64,000 nt of DNA from an uncultured delta proteobacterium (GTDB lineage: Bacteria; Desulfobacterota; Binatia; Binatales; Binataceae). The translations under genes and the position numbers were made by a program. The notes beneath the pieces were generated by a model. The model was not told the DNA's origin, ran no database searches, and saw only the letters and a program-made list of their open reading frames with translations. Where the stretch lies: positions 480,001 through 544,000 of the forward strand of contig CAVXXK010000001.1 in assembly GCA_963765675.1 (NCBI GenBank), written 5' to 3'. This document shows positions 51,846 to 59,987 of the stretch, piece after piece; the first letter of the stretch is position 1, and every line of letters starts with the position of its first letter.

Positions 51846-53120
51846 ATGAAACCTTCAGAGTACGTCGCCCCGGACGGTTCTTGGATTAGGCCGGAAATTT
51901 TCTCCGACCCTGCCCTCTACGAACTGGAGAAGCAGCGCGTTTTCGGTCGGTCTTGGCTGCTGCTCGGCCACGTATCGCAACTGCCGAAGCCCGGCTCGTT
52001 CCTGCGAACCTATATGGGCGAGGAGTCCGTGCTCGTGACCCGAGACCGCAGCGGCAAGGTTCACGCCCATCTCAACACCTGTCGGCATCGCGGCTATCAA
52101 CTCTGCCAAGAAGATCGCGGAACCGCCCAGCGTTTTCAGTGCCGCTACCACGGCTGGACCTATGACAGCGATGGCAGCCTGGCAATCGTGCCCGGCGAAG
52201 AGTCGATTTACTATAAGGAGATCGACAAAGCGCAGTGGGGACTCGTGCCGGTCGCTCGCGTGGAGACCTACAAGGGACTGATCTTTGGCAATTTCGATCC
52301 GGATGCGCAGACGCTAGAGGCATTCCTCGGCGACATGGCGTGGTATCTCGACATCATTCTCGATCGCCGCGCGGGTGGCACCGAGCTGCTTGGGCCGCAG
52401 CGCTGGCGTATCGCGAGCAACTGGAAAGTCGTGGCGGAGAATCATTGTGGCGACGAATACCACGTCGGCTTCGCGCACGGTTCGGCCCTCCCTCGTGACC
52501 TGGGGGCAAATCGCGCCACGCCGTTGCCCTATGCACGCGAGGTTCGTCCCGGACTCGGCCATGGTCTCGGCGTCAACATCTTTCCGGACGAAATGTCGCC
52601 TCAGGATTACTTGAGGCTCACCATCGGCGGCTATCCTCCGCACGTGGTGGAATATCTGCTGGGGATCCAGGACGAGGTCGTGCAGCGGCTAGGTTCACAA
52701 CGCGCGCGTATCGGCCTGATCCATGGCGCGGTATGGCCGAATTTCGGAATGGTGCCGATCGTCAATTCTCTGCGCGTTATCCAGCCTCGCGGAATTGGCG
52801 AGGTAGAGATGTGGGCGTATAGCTTGGTCGATCGCGACGCGCCGCTCGATGTGAAGGCGTGGATATCAGGCCAGTCGGCCCGCACGTTCGGACCCGCCGG
52901 AAGTTTTGAGCAGGACGACGCCGGGAACTGGACCGCGGTAACTCATTCGAGCTGCGGGACCGAGGCGCGCAAGCAACGTCTCAATCTCCAGATGGGCGTC
53001 GGGCATGAAGAGCGCTCGGACCGCGTTCCCGGCGAGCTCGGCCTCACCGCGAGCGAGATCAATCAGCGCGGTTTCTATCTGCGATGGATGCGCGACATGT
53101 TCGAAGGAGCGTCGGCATGA
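51846..53120 (+). CDS. Aromatic ring-hydroxylating dioxygenase alpha subunit
   Basis: Rieske CRHRG...CRYHGW; NWKVVAEN..GDEYH...H; FEQDD. Confidence 0.95.
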   Translation: MKPSEYVAPDGSWIRPEIFSDPALYELEKQRVFGRSWLLLGHVSQLPKPGSFLRTYMGEESVLVTRDRSGKVHAHLNTCRHRGYQLCQEDRGTAQRFQCRYHGWTYDSDGSLAIVPGEESIYYKEIDKAQWGLVPVARVETYKGLIFGNFDPDAQTLEAFLGDMAWYLDIILDRRAGGTELLGPQRWRIASNWKVVAENHCGDEYHVGFAHGSALPRDLGANRATPLPYAREVRPGLGHGLGVNIFPDEMSPQDYLRLTIGGYPPHVVEYLLGIQDEVVQRLGSQRARIGLIHGAVWPNFGMVPIVNSLRVIQPRGIGEVEMWAYSLVDRDAPLDVKAWISGQSARTFGPAGSFEQDDAGNWTAVTHSSCGTEARKQRLNLQMGVGHEERSDRVPGELGLTASEINQRGFYLRWMRDMFEGASA

Positions 53121-53650
53121 ACGAAGATTTCATTCGGCTCCTGCGGGTCCAGCAGTGGCTCTATCATGAGGCGCGCCTGCTCGACTCGCGGCGCTTCGAT
53201 TTGTGGCTCGATCTTCTGGATGAAGGAATCCGCTACCGCGTCCCCAGTCGTGCTTACATCAGGCAGGGACACGTCAAGGATTTCTCGACCTGGTCGGTGG
53301 ACCGCGAACTGGAAGTAGACGATGCGTTGGCACTGATCGACGATGACTTGTCCGGACTTCGCGCTCGAATCGAACGCCTCCAGAGCGGGATGGCATGGGC
53401 GGAGACGCCCCCGTCGATGGCTCGACGGCTGGTCAGCAACGTGATGATCATGGGCAGCGACGCGGACGGCCGCATGTCAGTGGTCAGCACGCTGTTCATG
53501 GCAAAGGTCCGCGGCGAGCAGCGCGTGCTCTTCACTGCGGAGCGGCGCGATCGGATTGTCCCCGCGGGCGACGATTTTCGTTTGCAGGAGCGCTACGTTG
53601 TTCTCGACGACGTGGTCTTGGCATCGGAAAATTTGTCGCTTCTCTTTTGA
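53117..53650 (+). CDS. Aromatic ring-hydroxylating dioxygenase beta subunit
   Basis: LYHEARLLD, WAETPPS, RRLVSNV, ENLSLLF; ATGA coupling to alpha. Confidence 0.95.
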   Translation: MNEDFIRLLRVQQWLYHEARLLDSRRFDLWLDLLDEGIRYRVPSRAYIRQGHVKDFSTWSVDRELEVDDALALIDDDLSGLRARIERLQSGMAWAETPPSMARRLVSNVMIMGSDADGRMSVVSTLFMAKVRGEQRVLFTAERRDRIVPAGDDFRLQERYVVLDDVVLASENLSLLF

Positions 53651-54255
53651 GCGGGTCGCGGCGCCTTCGCGCCTGCCTGGCTGAACATCTCGGATGTCAT
53701 GTCGATAAAGGACATGATCGAGATATCCGGAGATTTGACGCTCAGGGGACCGTCGAGCCAGATCGTCGCAACTCCGTGCGCAGCGGCCCATAGCGCATTC
53801 GCGATCTCCATCAGCCGCTTGTCATTTTTCGCGATGCCGGGATGGCATTCTGTGACTGTATCCACCAGCCGCTGGAACGACTGATTGGCTTGCTCGCGGG
53901 CTTCCGGGTGGCGTTTGAAGTCCACCAGCTCAGGCCGGAACATGATCGAGTAATGAACGGGATTCTCAATCGCAAAGATCATATAGGCGCGCAGGACGTT
54001 GCGGAGAATCTCCGCAGGACGCTTGCGACGGTCGCTTGCCCGGACTTCAAGAAGCCGCGCGTTTAGCCGCGTAAAGCCGTCGTGCGCGATCGCAGCAAGT
54101 ATCCCCTCGCGATTGGCGAAGTGGTGGTACGGGGTCTGGTGGCTCACTCCGGCGCGGCGCGACATCTCGCGAAAGCTCAGGCCGCCGAGACCCTGCTCGT
54201 CGATTAGACGTATGCTCTCATCGACAAGTCTTCGTTTGGACTCTGCTGCCTTCAT
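53593..54255 (-). CDS. TetR family regulator (WHG-type C-terminus)
   Basis: LSFREMSRRAGVSHQTPYHHF; LWAAAHG. Confidence 0.92.
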   Translation of the reverse strand: MKAAESKRRLVDESIRLIDEQGLGGLSFREMSRRAGVSHQTPYHHFANREGILAAIAHDGFTRLNARLLEVRASDRRKRPAEILRNVLRAYMIFAIENPVHYSIMFRPELVDFKRHPEAREQANQSFQRLVDTVTECHPGIAKNDKRLMEIANALWAAAHGVATIWLDGPLSVKSPDISIMSFIDMTSEMFSQAGAKAPRPAQKRSDKFSDAKTTSSRTT

Positions 54256-54285
54256 TGCTCGTGAACCATGACGCGTCCACCTCAG

Positions 54286-54300
54286 CCTGACATCGTCAAG
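54286..54300 (-). promoter_or_regulatory. Second copy of the TetR operator upstream of tetR
   Basis: CTTGACGATGTCAGG on the minus strand versus CTTGACAGTGTCAAG at 51773. Confidence 0.65.
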
Positions 54301-54347
54301 TATAGCTGATTACAGACGAGAAAATACTTTCAAGGTTCCACAAATCG

Positions 54348-54380
54348 AAAGGCACCCGCCCGACGGCGGATGCCATTTTC
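54348..54380 (-). terminator. Intrinsic terminator after the DUF4142 gene
   Basis: GGCATCCGCC-GTCG-GGCGGGTGCC stem followed by TTT. Confidence 0.6.
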
Positions 54381-54403
54381 ATTCTGACCAATAATTGGCG
54401 ATC

Positions 54404-54940
54404 TTACTTGGCTTTGTTGTTCGCCGGATTCTGATCGGAATCGGTCGATAGGTGATATTTCAGATTCTGCGCCATCGCCAGATGCGCCTGGAGCACGGGA
54501 AGCGTCTGCTGTATGTACAGTTCGACGTTAGGGTCACCCTTGAAGTCGCGCTGGGCGGTCTTGAAGGTGCTGATGGCTTCCTTATGCCCGGCGATCTGGT
54601 CATCCAGGTACGCGGCGTTGAAATCTCCGCCGTTCAGATCCTTGAGCTTGCTCTTTTCGCCCTTCGAGGCGTCCGTCCCCTCGAGCTTTACGTTGCGTTG
54701 CCGGGAGAGTGCCGAGACCGCATCCTCGTTGGCTTCGTGATCGCCGCGGATCGTTTCCGCGTAAGTCATCATCGCCTGGTTATCACCCGCTTTGTCTTTG
54801 GCGATCTTGGCGGTGGCAACTTCCTCGTAGTTCATCTGGTTGGCTTTGTTAAGGAGCACCCCCAAGTCTTGCGCCGAGGCAACTCCGGCAAAGGCGAACA
54901 GTAGAATTCCGATTCCGAACGGCACGATTTTCTTGATCAT
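54404..54940 (-). CDS. DUF4142 secreted ferritin-like protein
   Basis: Signal peptide; EVATAKIA, IRGDH, FNAAYLDDQIAGH, LPVLQAHLAMA. Confidence 0.88.
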   Translation of the reverse strand: MIKKIVPFGIGILLFAFAGVASAQDLGVLLNKANQMNYEEVATAKIAKDKAGDNQAMMTYAETIRGDHEANEDAVSALSRQRNVKLEGTDASKGEKSKLKDLNGGDFNAAYLDDQIAGHKEAISTFKTAQRDFKGDPNVELYIQQTLPVLQAHLAMAQNLKYHLSTDSDQNPANNKAK

Positions 54941-54971
54941 AATAAAATAGCCCCTGAAAAATCCCCTGGAG

Positions 54972-55139
54972 TCACTCCCGCGTGCTATCACGATCCTTTT
55001 GGTGCGATGCACGGCATTCTTCGTGGCCGCAGTGACAATCAGTCGCGCCTTCATCGCGCTCGCTCGACGCGCATTCGTTCGAGCAATACTTCTGGCCGGC
55101 CTTTGCTTCGCAACTGCATCGCTGATGACCACATTTCAT
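54972..55139 (-). CDS. Small Cys/His-rich metallothionein-like protein (55 aa)
   Basis: GGAG RBS; MKCGHQRCSCE...YCSNECA...CHCGHEEC: 8 Cys, 4 His, YCSxxCA motif of BmtA/SmtA-type proteins. Confidence 0.8.
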   Translation of the reverse strand: MKCGHQRCSCEAKAGQKYCSNECASSERDEGATDCHCGHEECRASHQKDRDSTRE

Positions 55140-55174
55140 TTCAGATCTCCATCGGCGCGAATGGTTCAAGGGGG

Positions 55175-55190
55175 AGCAAGATACAGGCCG
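55175..55190 (-). promoter_or_regulatory. Putative sigma54 (-24/-12) promoter for the metallothionein-DUF4142 genes
   Basis: CGGCCT-GTATC-TTGCT (GG-N10-GC). Confidence 0.45.
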
Positions 55191-55320
55191 ACTCCGACAA
55201 GATAAATTGTTTCCGTTGCGATTATGATTTCATCACATCCGGTATGGTTTACAGGTCGGTAAAATTTGCCGCATACCTATATTGAGACTTTGAGAGAGGC
55301 CTTTTATCCAGCCGCGGCGA

Positions 55321-55336
55321 TGGCACATCCAATGCT
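55321..55336 (+). promoter_or_regulatory. Putative sigma54 promoter for the PA2169-ligD-ligase genes
   Basis: TGGCAC-ATCCA-ATGCT (GG-N10-GC). Confidence 0.5.
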
Positions 55337-55354
55337 GTCCCACGCGAGGCACAT

Positions 55355-55798
55355 ATGGATACCGCTGAAATACTACATAGTTTGATTTCCACCTGCGTCG
55401 ACAGCGAGAAGCGATATCGCCACGCAGCCAAAGACGTAGAACGCGCGAACCTGGAGGCATTTCTGAATCGCCAAGCGGATTCGCGTAAAAACGCGGCCTC
55501 GGCGCTCCAGGCCGAAAGGTACCGTCTCGGAATCGACGAAAAGAAATCGGGATCGGTCGCCGGCTTCGTGGATCGCGAGGCGCTGGATTTCAGCGTCATC
55601 ATGAGCAAGGGCGATACTGGGGTTATAGAATGGTGCCGCGAAGACGATGAAAAAGTCATCGGCGAATATCAGAAGGCATTAAGTGAAAATCTCTTGCCTG
55701 ATCTGCGTAAAACGATCGAGCATCAGCTCGCGCAGATTCGCGCTGCGGTCGCGAAAGAGGAAGACGTGCTGCGGCTATTCGGCGGCCCAAAATCATAA
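55355..55798 (+). CDS. PA2169/DUF2383 family four-helix-bundle protein
   Basis: LISTCVDSEKRYRHAA, GSVAG, EDDEKVIGEYQKAL. Confidence 0.85.
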   Translation: MDTAEILHSLISTCVDSEKRYRHAAKDVERANLEAFLNRQADSRKNAASALQAERYRLGIDEKKSGSVAGFVDREALDFSVIMSKGDTGVIEWCREDDEKVIGEYQKALSENLLPDLRKTIEHQLAQIRAAVAKEEDVLRLFGGPKS

Positions 55799-55845
55799 TC
55801 GATCCTGATCGATCGCGCGGTTCCTCCGCTGGGCAAAGGTGTCCC

Positions 55846-57501
55846 GTGGCGAATAAAAAGCTTTCGAAGTATCGGGCGAAGCGGGACTTCAACAAAACCG
55901 CCGAGCCAAGCGGCGATACCACGATCGCGCCTTCGCACCGTCTGCGCTACGTGATTCAGAAACACGCGGCCTCGCGGCTGCACTATGATTTCAGGCTCGA
56001 GCTCGATGGCGTGCTGAAATCGTGGGCCGTCACGCGAGGGCCTTCAATCGATCCGCATGACAAGCGCCTCGCGGTCGAGGTTGAGGATCATCCGCTCGAT
56101 TACGGCGATTTCGAAGGCACGATCCCCCAAGGGCAATACGGCGGGGGTTCCGTGCAGTTGTGGGATCGCGGCTATTGGACACCGGAAGAAAACTCGACTC
56201 CACAGGCCGCGCTCAAAGCCGGCAACCTGAAGTTCAACCTCGACGGTGAGCGGCTGCATGGAAGCTGGGTGCTGGTGCGGATGAAGCATGACCGGACCGG
56301 CGGCAAGCGCACCAACTGGCTGCTGATAAAGCATCGCGACGAATTCGCGCACGAGGGCGATAGCGACGCGTTGCTGAGCGACGACCGATCGGTCGCATCA
56401 GGCCGCCCGATGGCCGCGATCGCTGCGGGCAAGGGACGGGGACCGAAGCCATTCATTCTCAAAACCAAAAAGATCGCGGAAGCGGACGATACCTGGAATT
56501 CGAATCATAACGACGCGGCCGAACCGAGCCGCGCGCCAAGACGAACCCACGCACCGAAGGCCTCCAAATTGCGAAAACAATCGGCTGGCGACACTCTCGT
56601 AATGGGTGTTTCGATCTCCAAGCCGGACAAGGTGCTCTGGCCCGCAGACAGCGATAACGGACCGTTCACCAAGCTCGATCTGGCTCGCTACTACGAGGCG
56701 GCTGGGCCGCAAATGATCGAGCATCTGAAGGGACGTCCGTGCTCAATCGTACGGGCACCGGACGGGCTGGGCGGCCAACAATTCTTTCAGCGGCACGCGA
56801 TGCCGGGCTCGTCGAAGTTATTCGCGATGGTCAAAGTCGCGGGAATCGCCGAGCCGTATTTGCAGATAGATCGGGTCGAAGCGCTGGCCGAGGTTGCACA
56901 GATGGCCGGGCTGGAATTGCATCCGTGGAACTGCCAGCCGGGAGATCCCGAGGTGCCCGGACGCATCGTTTTCGATCTCGATCCGGCTGAAGATGTTGAC
57001 TTCGCGGCCGTGGTTGCGGGCGCACGGGAAATTCACGATCGGCTGGAAGCAGTCGGCCTCGTAAGCTTCTGCAAGACCACCGGCGGCAAGGGTTTGCACG
57101 TGGTGACGCCGCTTGCGCCAGCCAAAAAAGATCGAATCGACTGGGCCGCCGCAAAGGCTTTCGCGCGCGAAATCTGTTTGCAGATGGCAGCGGATAGTCC
57201 CGATCGTTATCTGACCAAAATGGCCAAGAAAGATCGCCCTGGGAAAATCTTCCTCGACTATCTGCGCAACGATCGCATGGCGACTGCCGTCGCGCCGCTA
57301 TCTCCGCGCGCTCGCGCCGGGGCTCCAGTGTCGATGCCGCTTTCATGGACGCAGGTCCGCCCCGGACTCGATCCGAAACGCTTCACGATTCGGACCGCGC
57401 CGGCTCTGCTTGTCCGGAGCACCGCGTGGCAAGATTACAGCGACGGCGAGCGGCCACTTTCTCCGGCGATCAAACGATTGAACAAAGCCAAGGCGGCGTG
57501 A
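55846..57501 (+). CDS. ligD: LigD variant: 3'-phosphoesterase + primase/polymerase domains, no ligase domain
   Basis: QKHAASRLHYDFRLE...SWAV (PE); SKPDKVLWP, RAPDG, FFQRH, DLDP, KTTGGKGLHV, DYLRN (Pol); no KxDG. Confidence 0.92.
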   Translation: MANKKLSKYRAKRDFNKTAEPSGDTTIAPSHRLRYVIQKHAASRLHYDFRLELDGVLKSWAVTRGPSIDPHDKRLAVEVEDHPLDYGDFEGTIPQGQYGGGSVQLWDRGYWTPEENSTPQAALKAGNLKFNLDGERLHGSWVLVRMKHDRTGGKRTNWLLIKHRDEFAHEGDSDALLSDDRSVASGRPMAAIAAGKGRGPKPFILKTKKIAEADDTWNSNHNDAAEPSRAPRRTHAPKASKLRKQSAGDTLVMGVSISKPDKVLWPADSDNGPFTKLDLARYYEAAGPQMIEHLKGRPCSIVRAPDGLGGQQFFQRHAMPGSSKLFAMVKVAGIAEPYLQIDRVEALAEVAQMAGLELHPWNCQPGDPEVPGRIVFDLDPAEDVDFAAVVAGAREIHDRLEAVGLVSFCKTTGGKGLHVVTPLAPAKKDRIDWAAAKAFAREICLQMAADSPDRYLTKMAKKDRPGKIFLDYLRNDRMATAVAPLSPRARAGAPVSMPLSWTQVRPGLDPKRFTIRTAPALLVRSTAWQDYSDGERPLSPAIKRLNKAKAA

Positions 57502-58604
57502 TTTTGCCGCGAGCAGCCAGAAAGCCGGGCCGCAAAGGAATCGCGGGGCTGCCGGTGCCGCTCGCGACGCGTCCGATGGAAGCGCGGCTCGTGAGCGAGC
57601 TGCCGCGAGAGGCGGGATGGCAATTCGAACCCAAGTGGGACGGATTTCGATGCCTGGCGTTTCGCGCCGGTGATGAAATCGAACTTCGAGCCAAGTCGGG
57701 CAAAACTCTGGCACGCTACTTCCCAGAGGTTGTCGCGATGCTCGCCGCGCTTGCGCCCAAACGGTTCGTCGTCGATGGCGAGCTTGCCATCCCAATCGGC
57801 GAAACTCTCTCTTTCGATGCGTTGCAGGCTCGGTTACATCCTGCCGAAAGCCGCGTGCGCAAGTTGGCGGCAGAGACGCCGGCAATTTTCCTTTTATTCG
57901 ACTGCCTGATGTCCACCGAGGGAGCGAGTCTCATGGACTCGCCGCTAACGGACCGACGCGCCGCGCTCGAAGAATTTTTCGCTTCCACAAAGCGTGAACC
58001 GGCGCTGAAGCTGACACCTTACACTCGCGAATATTCCACGGCTCGGCGATGGCTGGATTACACTGGTGGCGTGCTCGACGGAGTAGTCGCCAAGCGCATC
58101 GACGGGCGTTACCTGCCCGGTGAACGGGCGATGCTCAAGCTCAAGCGGGTGCGCACCGCGGATTGCGTGGTCGGCGGTTTCCGATATGAGCAGGGAAAAC
58201 GCGAGGTGGGTTCGTTGTTGCTCGGCCTCTACAACAAGGATGGCGAGCTTGATCACGTCGGATTTACTTCCTCGATCAGCTACGCTGAACGAAAGGCGCT
58301 GACCCGCCGGCTCGAGGCGTTGGTCGCGAAGCCGGGTTTCACGGGAAACGCCCCGGGCGGCCCGAGTCGATGGAGCACGGAACGCAGCGGGGATTGGCAG
58401 CCGCTGCGCCCCAAGCTGGTCGTGGAAGTTCGCTACGATCAAGTCACCGCGAACCGGTTTCGTCACGGCACACGGCTGATCCGCTGGCGGCCGGACAAAG
58501 CGCCCGAGCAATGCACCTTCGATCAAATCGAGCGCGAAGCGACGCCCGCGAAATTGATAACGGAGACGCTCGATCGCTCGGCGAAGGCGCGGCGCCGGCG
58601 CTGA
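57498..58604 (+). CDS. ATP-dependent DNA ligase (LigC-like)
   Basis: EPKWDGFR, DGE, LFD, DGVVAK, YLPGER.MLKLK, FRHG..L.RWRPDK..QC. Confidence 0.93.
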   Translation: MILPRAARKPGRKGIAGLPVPLATRPMEARLVSELPREAGWQFEPKWDGFRCLAFRAGDEIELRAKSGKTLARYFPEVVAMLAALAPKRFVVDGELAIPIGETLSFDALQARLHPAESRVRKLAAETPAIFLLFDCLMSTEGASLMDSPLTDRRAALEEFFASTKREPALKLTPYTREYSTARRWLDYTGGVLDGVVAKRIDGRYLPGERAMLKLKRVRTADCVVGGFRYEQGKREVGSLLLGLYNKDGELDHVGFTSSISYAERKALTRRLEALVAKPGFTGNAPGGPSRWSTERSGDWQPLRPKLVVEVRYDQVTANRFRHGTRLIRWRPDKAPEQCTFDQIEREATPAKLITETLDRSAKARRRR

Positions 58605-58612
58605 TCTCGATA

Positions 58613-58633
58613 CTTCCCTATTTGGTAGGGAAG
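58613..58633 (+). terminator. Hairpin after the ligase gene
   Basis: CTTCCCTA-TTTGG-TAGGGAAG; no clear U-tract. Confidence 0.4.
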
Positions 58634-58842
58634 CCAGCAAGAGATGGCCATTTATTCCCCGCCCGATTCGCCACTAGTCCTCACGATTCGCGAACTGGCG
58701 ATCGGAAAATCTAAAAGATTTACATGGGCTGCTACCCAATTGTCGTACTCGATCAGGCGATCGGCGCCGCACCTTTTGTCCGACGATTGAATCCGAAAAC
58801 CGATATGCTTGGTTGAGAGAGCGTGTCTGGAGTCACGTGCCG

Positions 58843-59917
58843 ATGAACATACAGCAAGCGACCAAAAGCTATGAGACCTGGATGCGCGCCTGCACAACGA
58901 TCATCGAGTCGGAATTGCGATCGAAACATGACCGGATGAGAGATGATCTGTTCATGTTTTTCCGCGGCACGTTTTATCGCTGGGCCCAGCTATGGCCGAA
59001 GGTATGTGACGATCTGCGTGACGCGCCCAAAGTCATCGCGATCGGCGATCTGCACGTCAACAGTTTTGGCACCTGGCGCGATTCGGAGGGTCGGCTCGCC
59101 TGGGGAGTCGATGACTTCGACGAAGCATATCCGTTGCCCTACACCAACGATCTGGTCCGGCTGGCGGCAAGCGTCAAGATAGTTAACCACTCGGGCCATC
59201 TGACGAGCGGCGTCAAGGATGGCTGCGAAATTATTCTGGAAGGATACGAGGAGGCGCTGAAAAATGGTGGCCGCCCGATGGTGCTGGCGGAGCACGAGAC
59301 GATCCTGGAAAAATTGGGAATCGAAGCGATCAAACCGCCTAAAGATTTCTGGAAAAAACTGAACCGGCGTCCCGCCGTGCGCACCCTTCCCAAAGAGGTC
59401 AAAAAGGCGCTGGAGAAAACGCTCCCAGACGTCAACCTCGATTACAAAGTTGTTCTCAGGCAGGCCGGGATGGGAAGTCTCGGACAGCAGCGCTTCGTAG
59501 CGATCGCCCAGTGGCAAGGCGGATGCATCGCGCGCGAAGCGAAGGCGATGGTTCCGTCGGGATGCGCCTGGCGGGACGGCCATACCGGCGATCACAATTC
59601 CTACTACGAGCAGGCGATCGCGTCTGCGGTTCGCGCGCGCGATCCGTTTCAGGTAGTCGTGGGCGAATGGCTGATTCGCCGCCTCTCGCCGGATTCCAAT
59701 CCTGTCGATATCGCCACCCTGCCGAAAAAGCGCGACGAACATATCCTGCTTCATGCGATGGGTTCGGAAGCGGCCAATGTGCATCTTGGCAGCAGGCGCC
59801 AGAGCAAGAATATCTTGAAGGACTCTGCATCGCAGAAAGCCGGACTGGCTGCGCACCGCCGGAAAGAAAATGGCCCGGGCGATTGAAAAAGATTGGAAGA
59901 AATATCGGCAGGCTTGA
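58843..59917 (+). CDS. DUF2252 family (kinase-like fold) protein (frameshift near 59825)
   Basis: FFRGT, GDLHVNSFG, DDFDEA, DLVRLAAS, GMGSLG; C-terminus ...EKDWKKYRQA* in a shifted frame. Confidence 0.85.
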
Positions 59918-59987
59918 TCGTCGCCGAACGCATCCGGTAGTTAAATAACATCTCTACCATGACCACCCTTTCGACGAAGGCGCCTCA

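Noticed and set aside
58635-58650. Sigma54 promoter on the minus strand (TGGCCATCTCTTGCT)
   Set aside because: GG-GC spacing is 9 rather than 10, and it points antisense into the ligase
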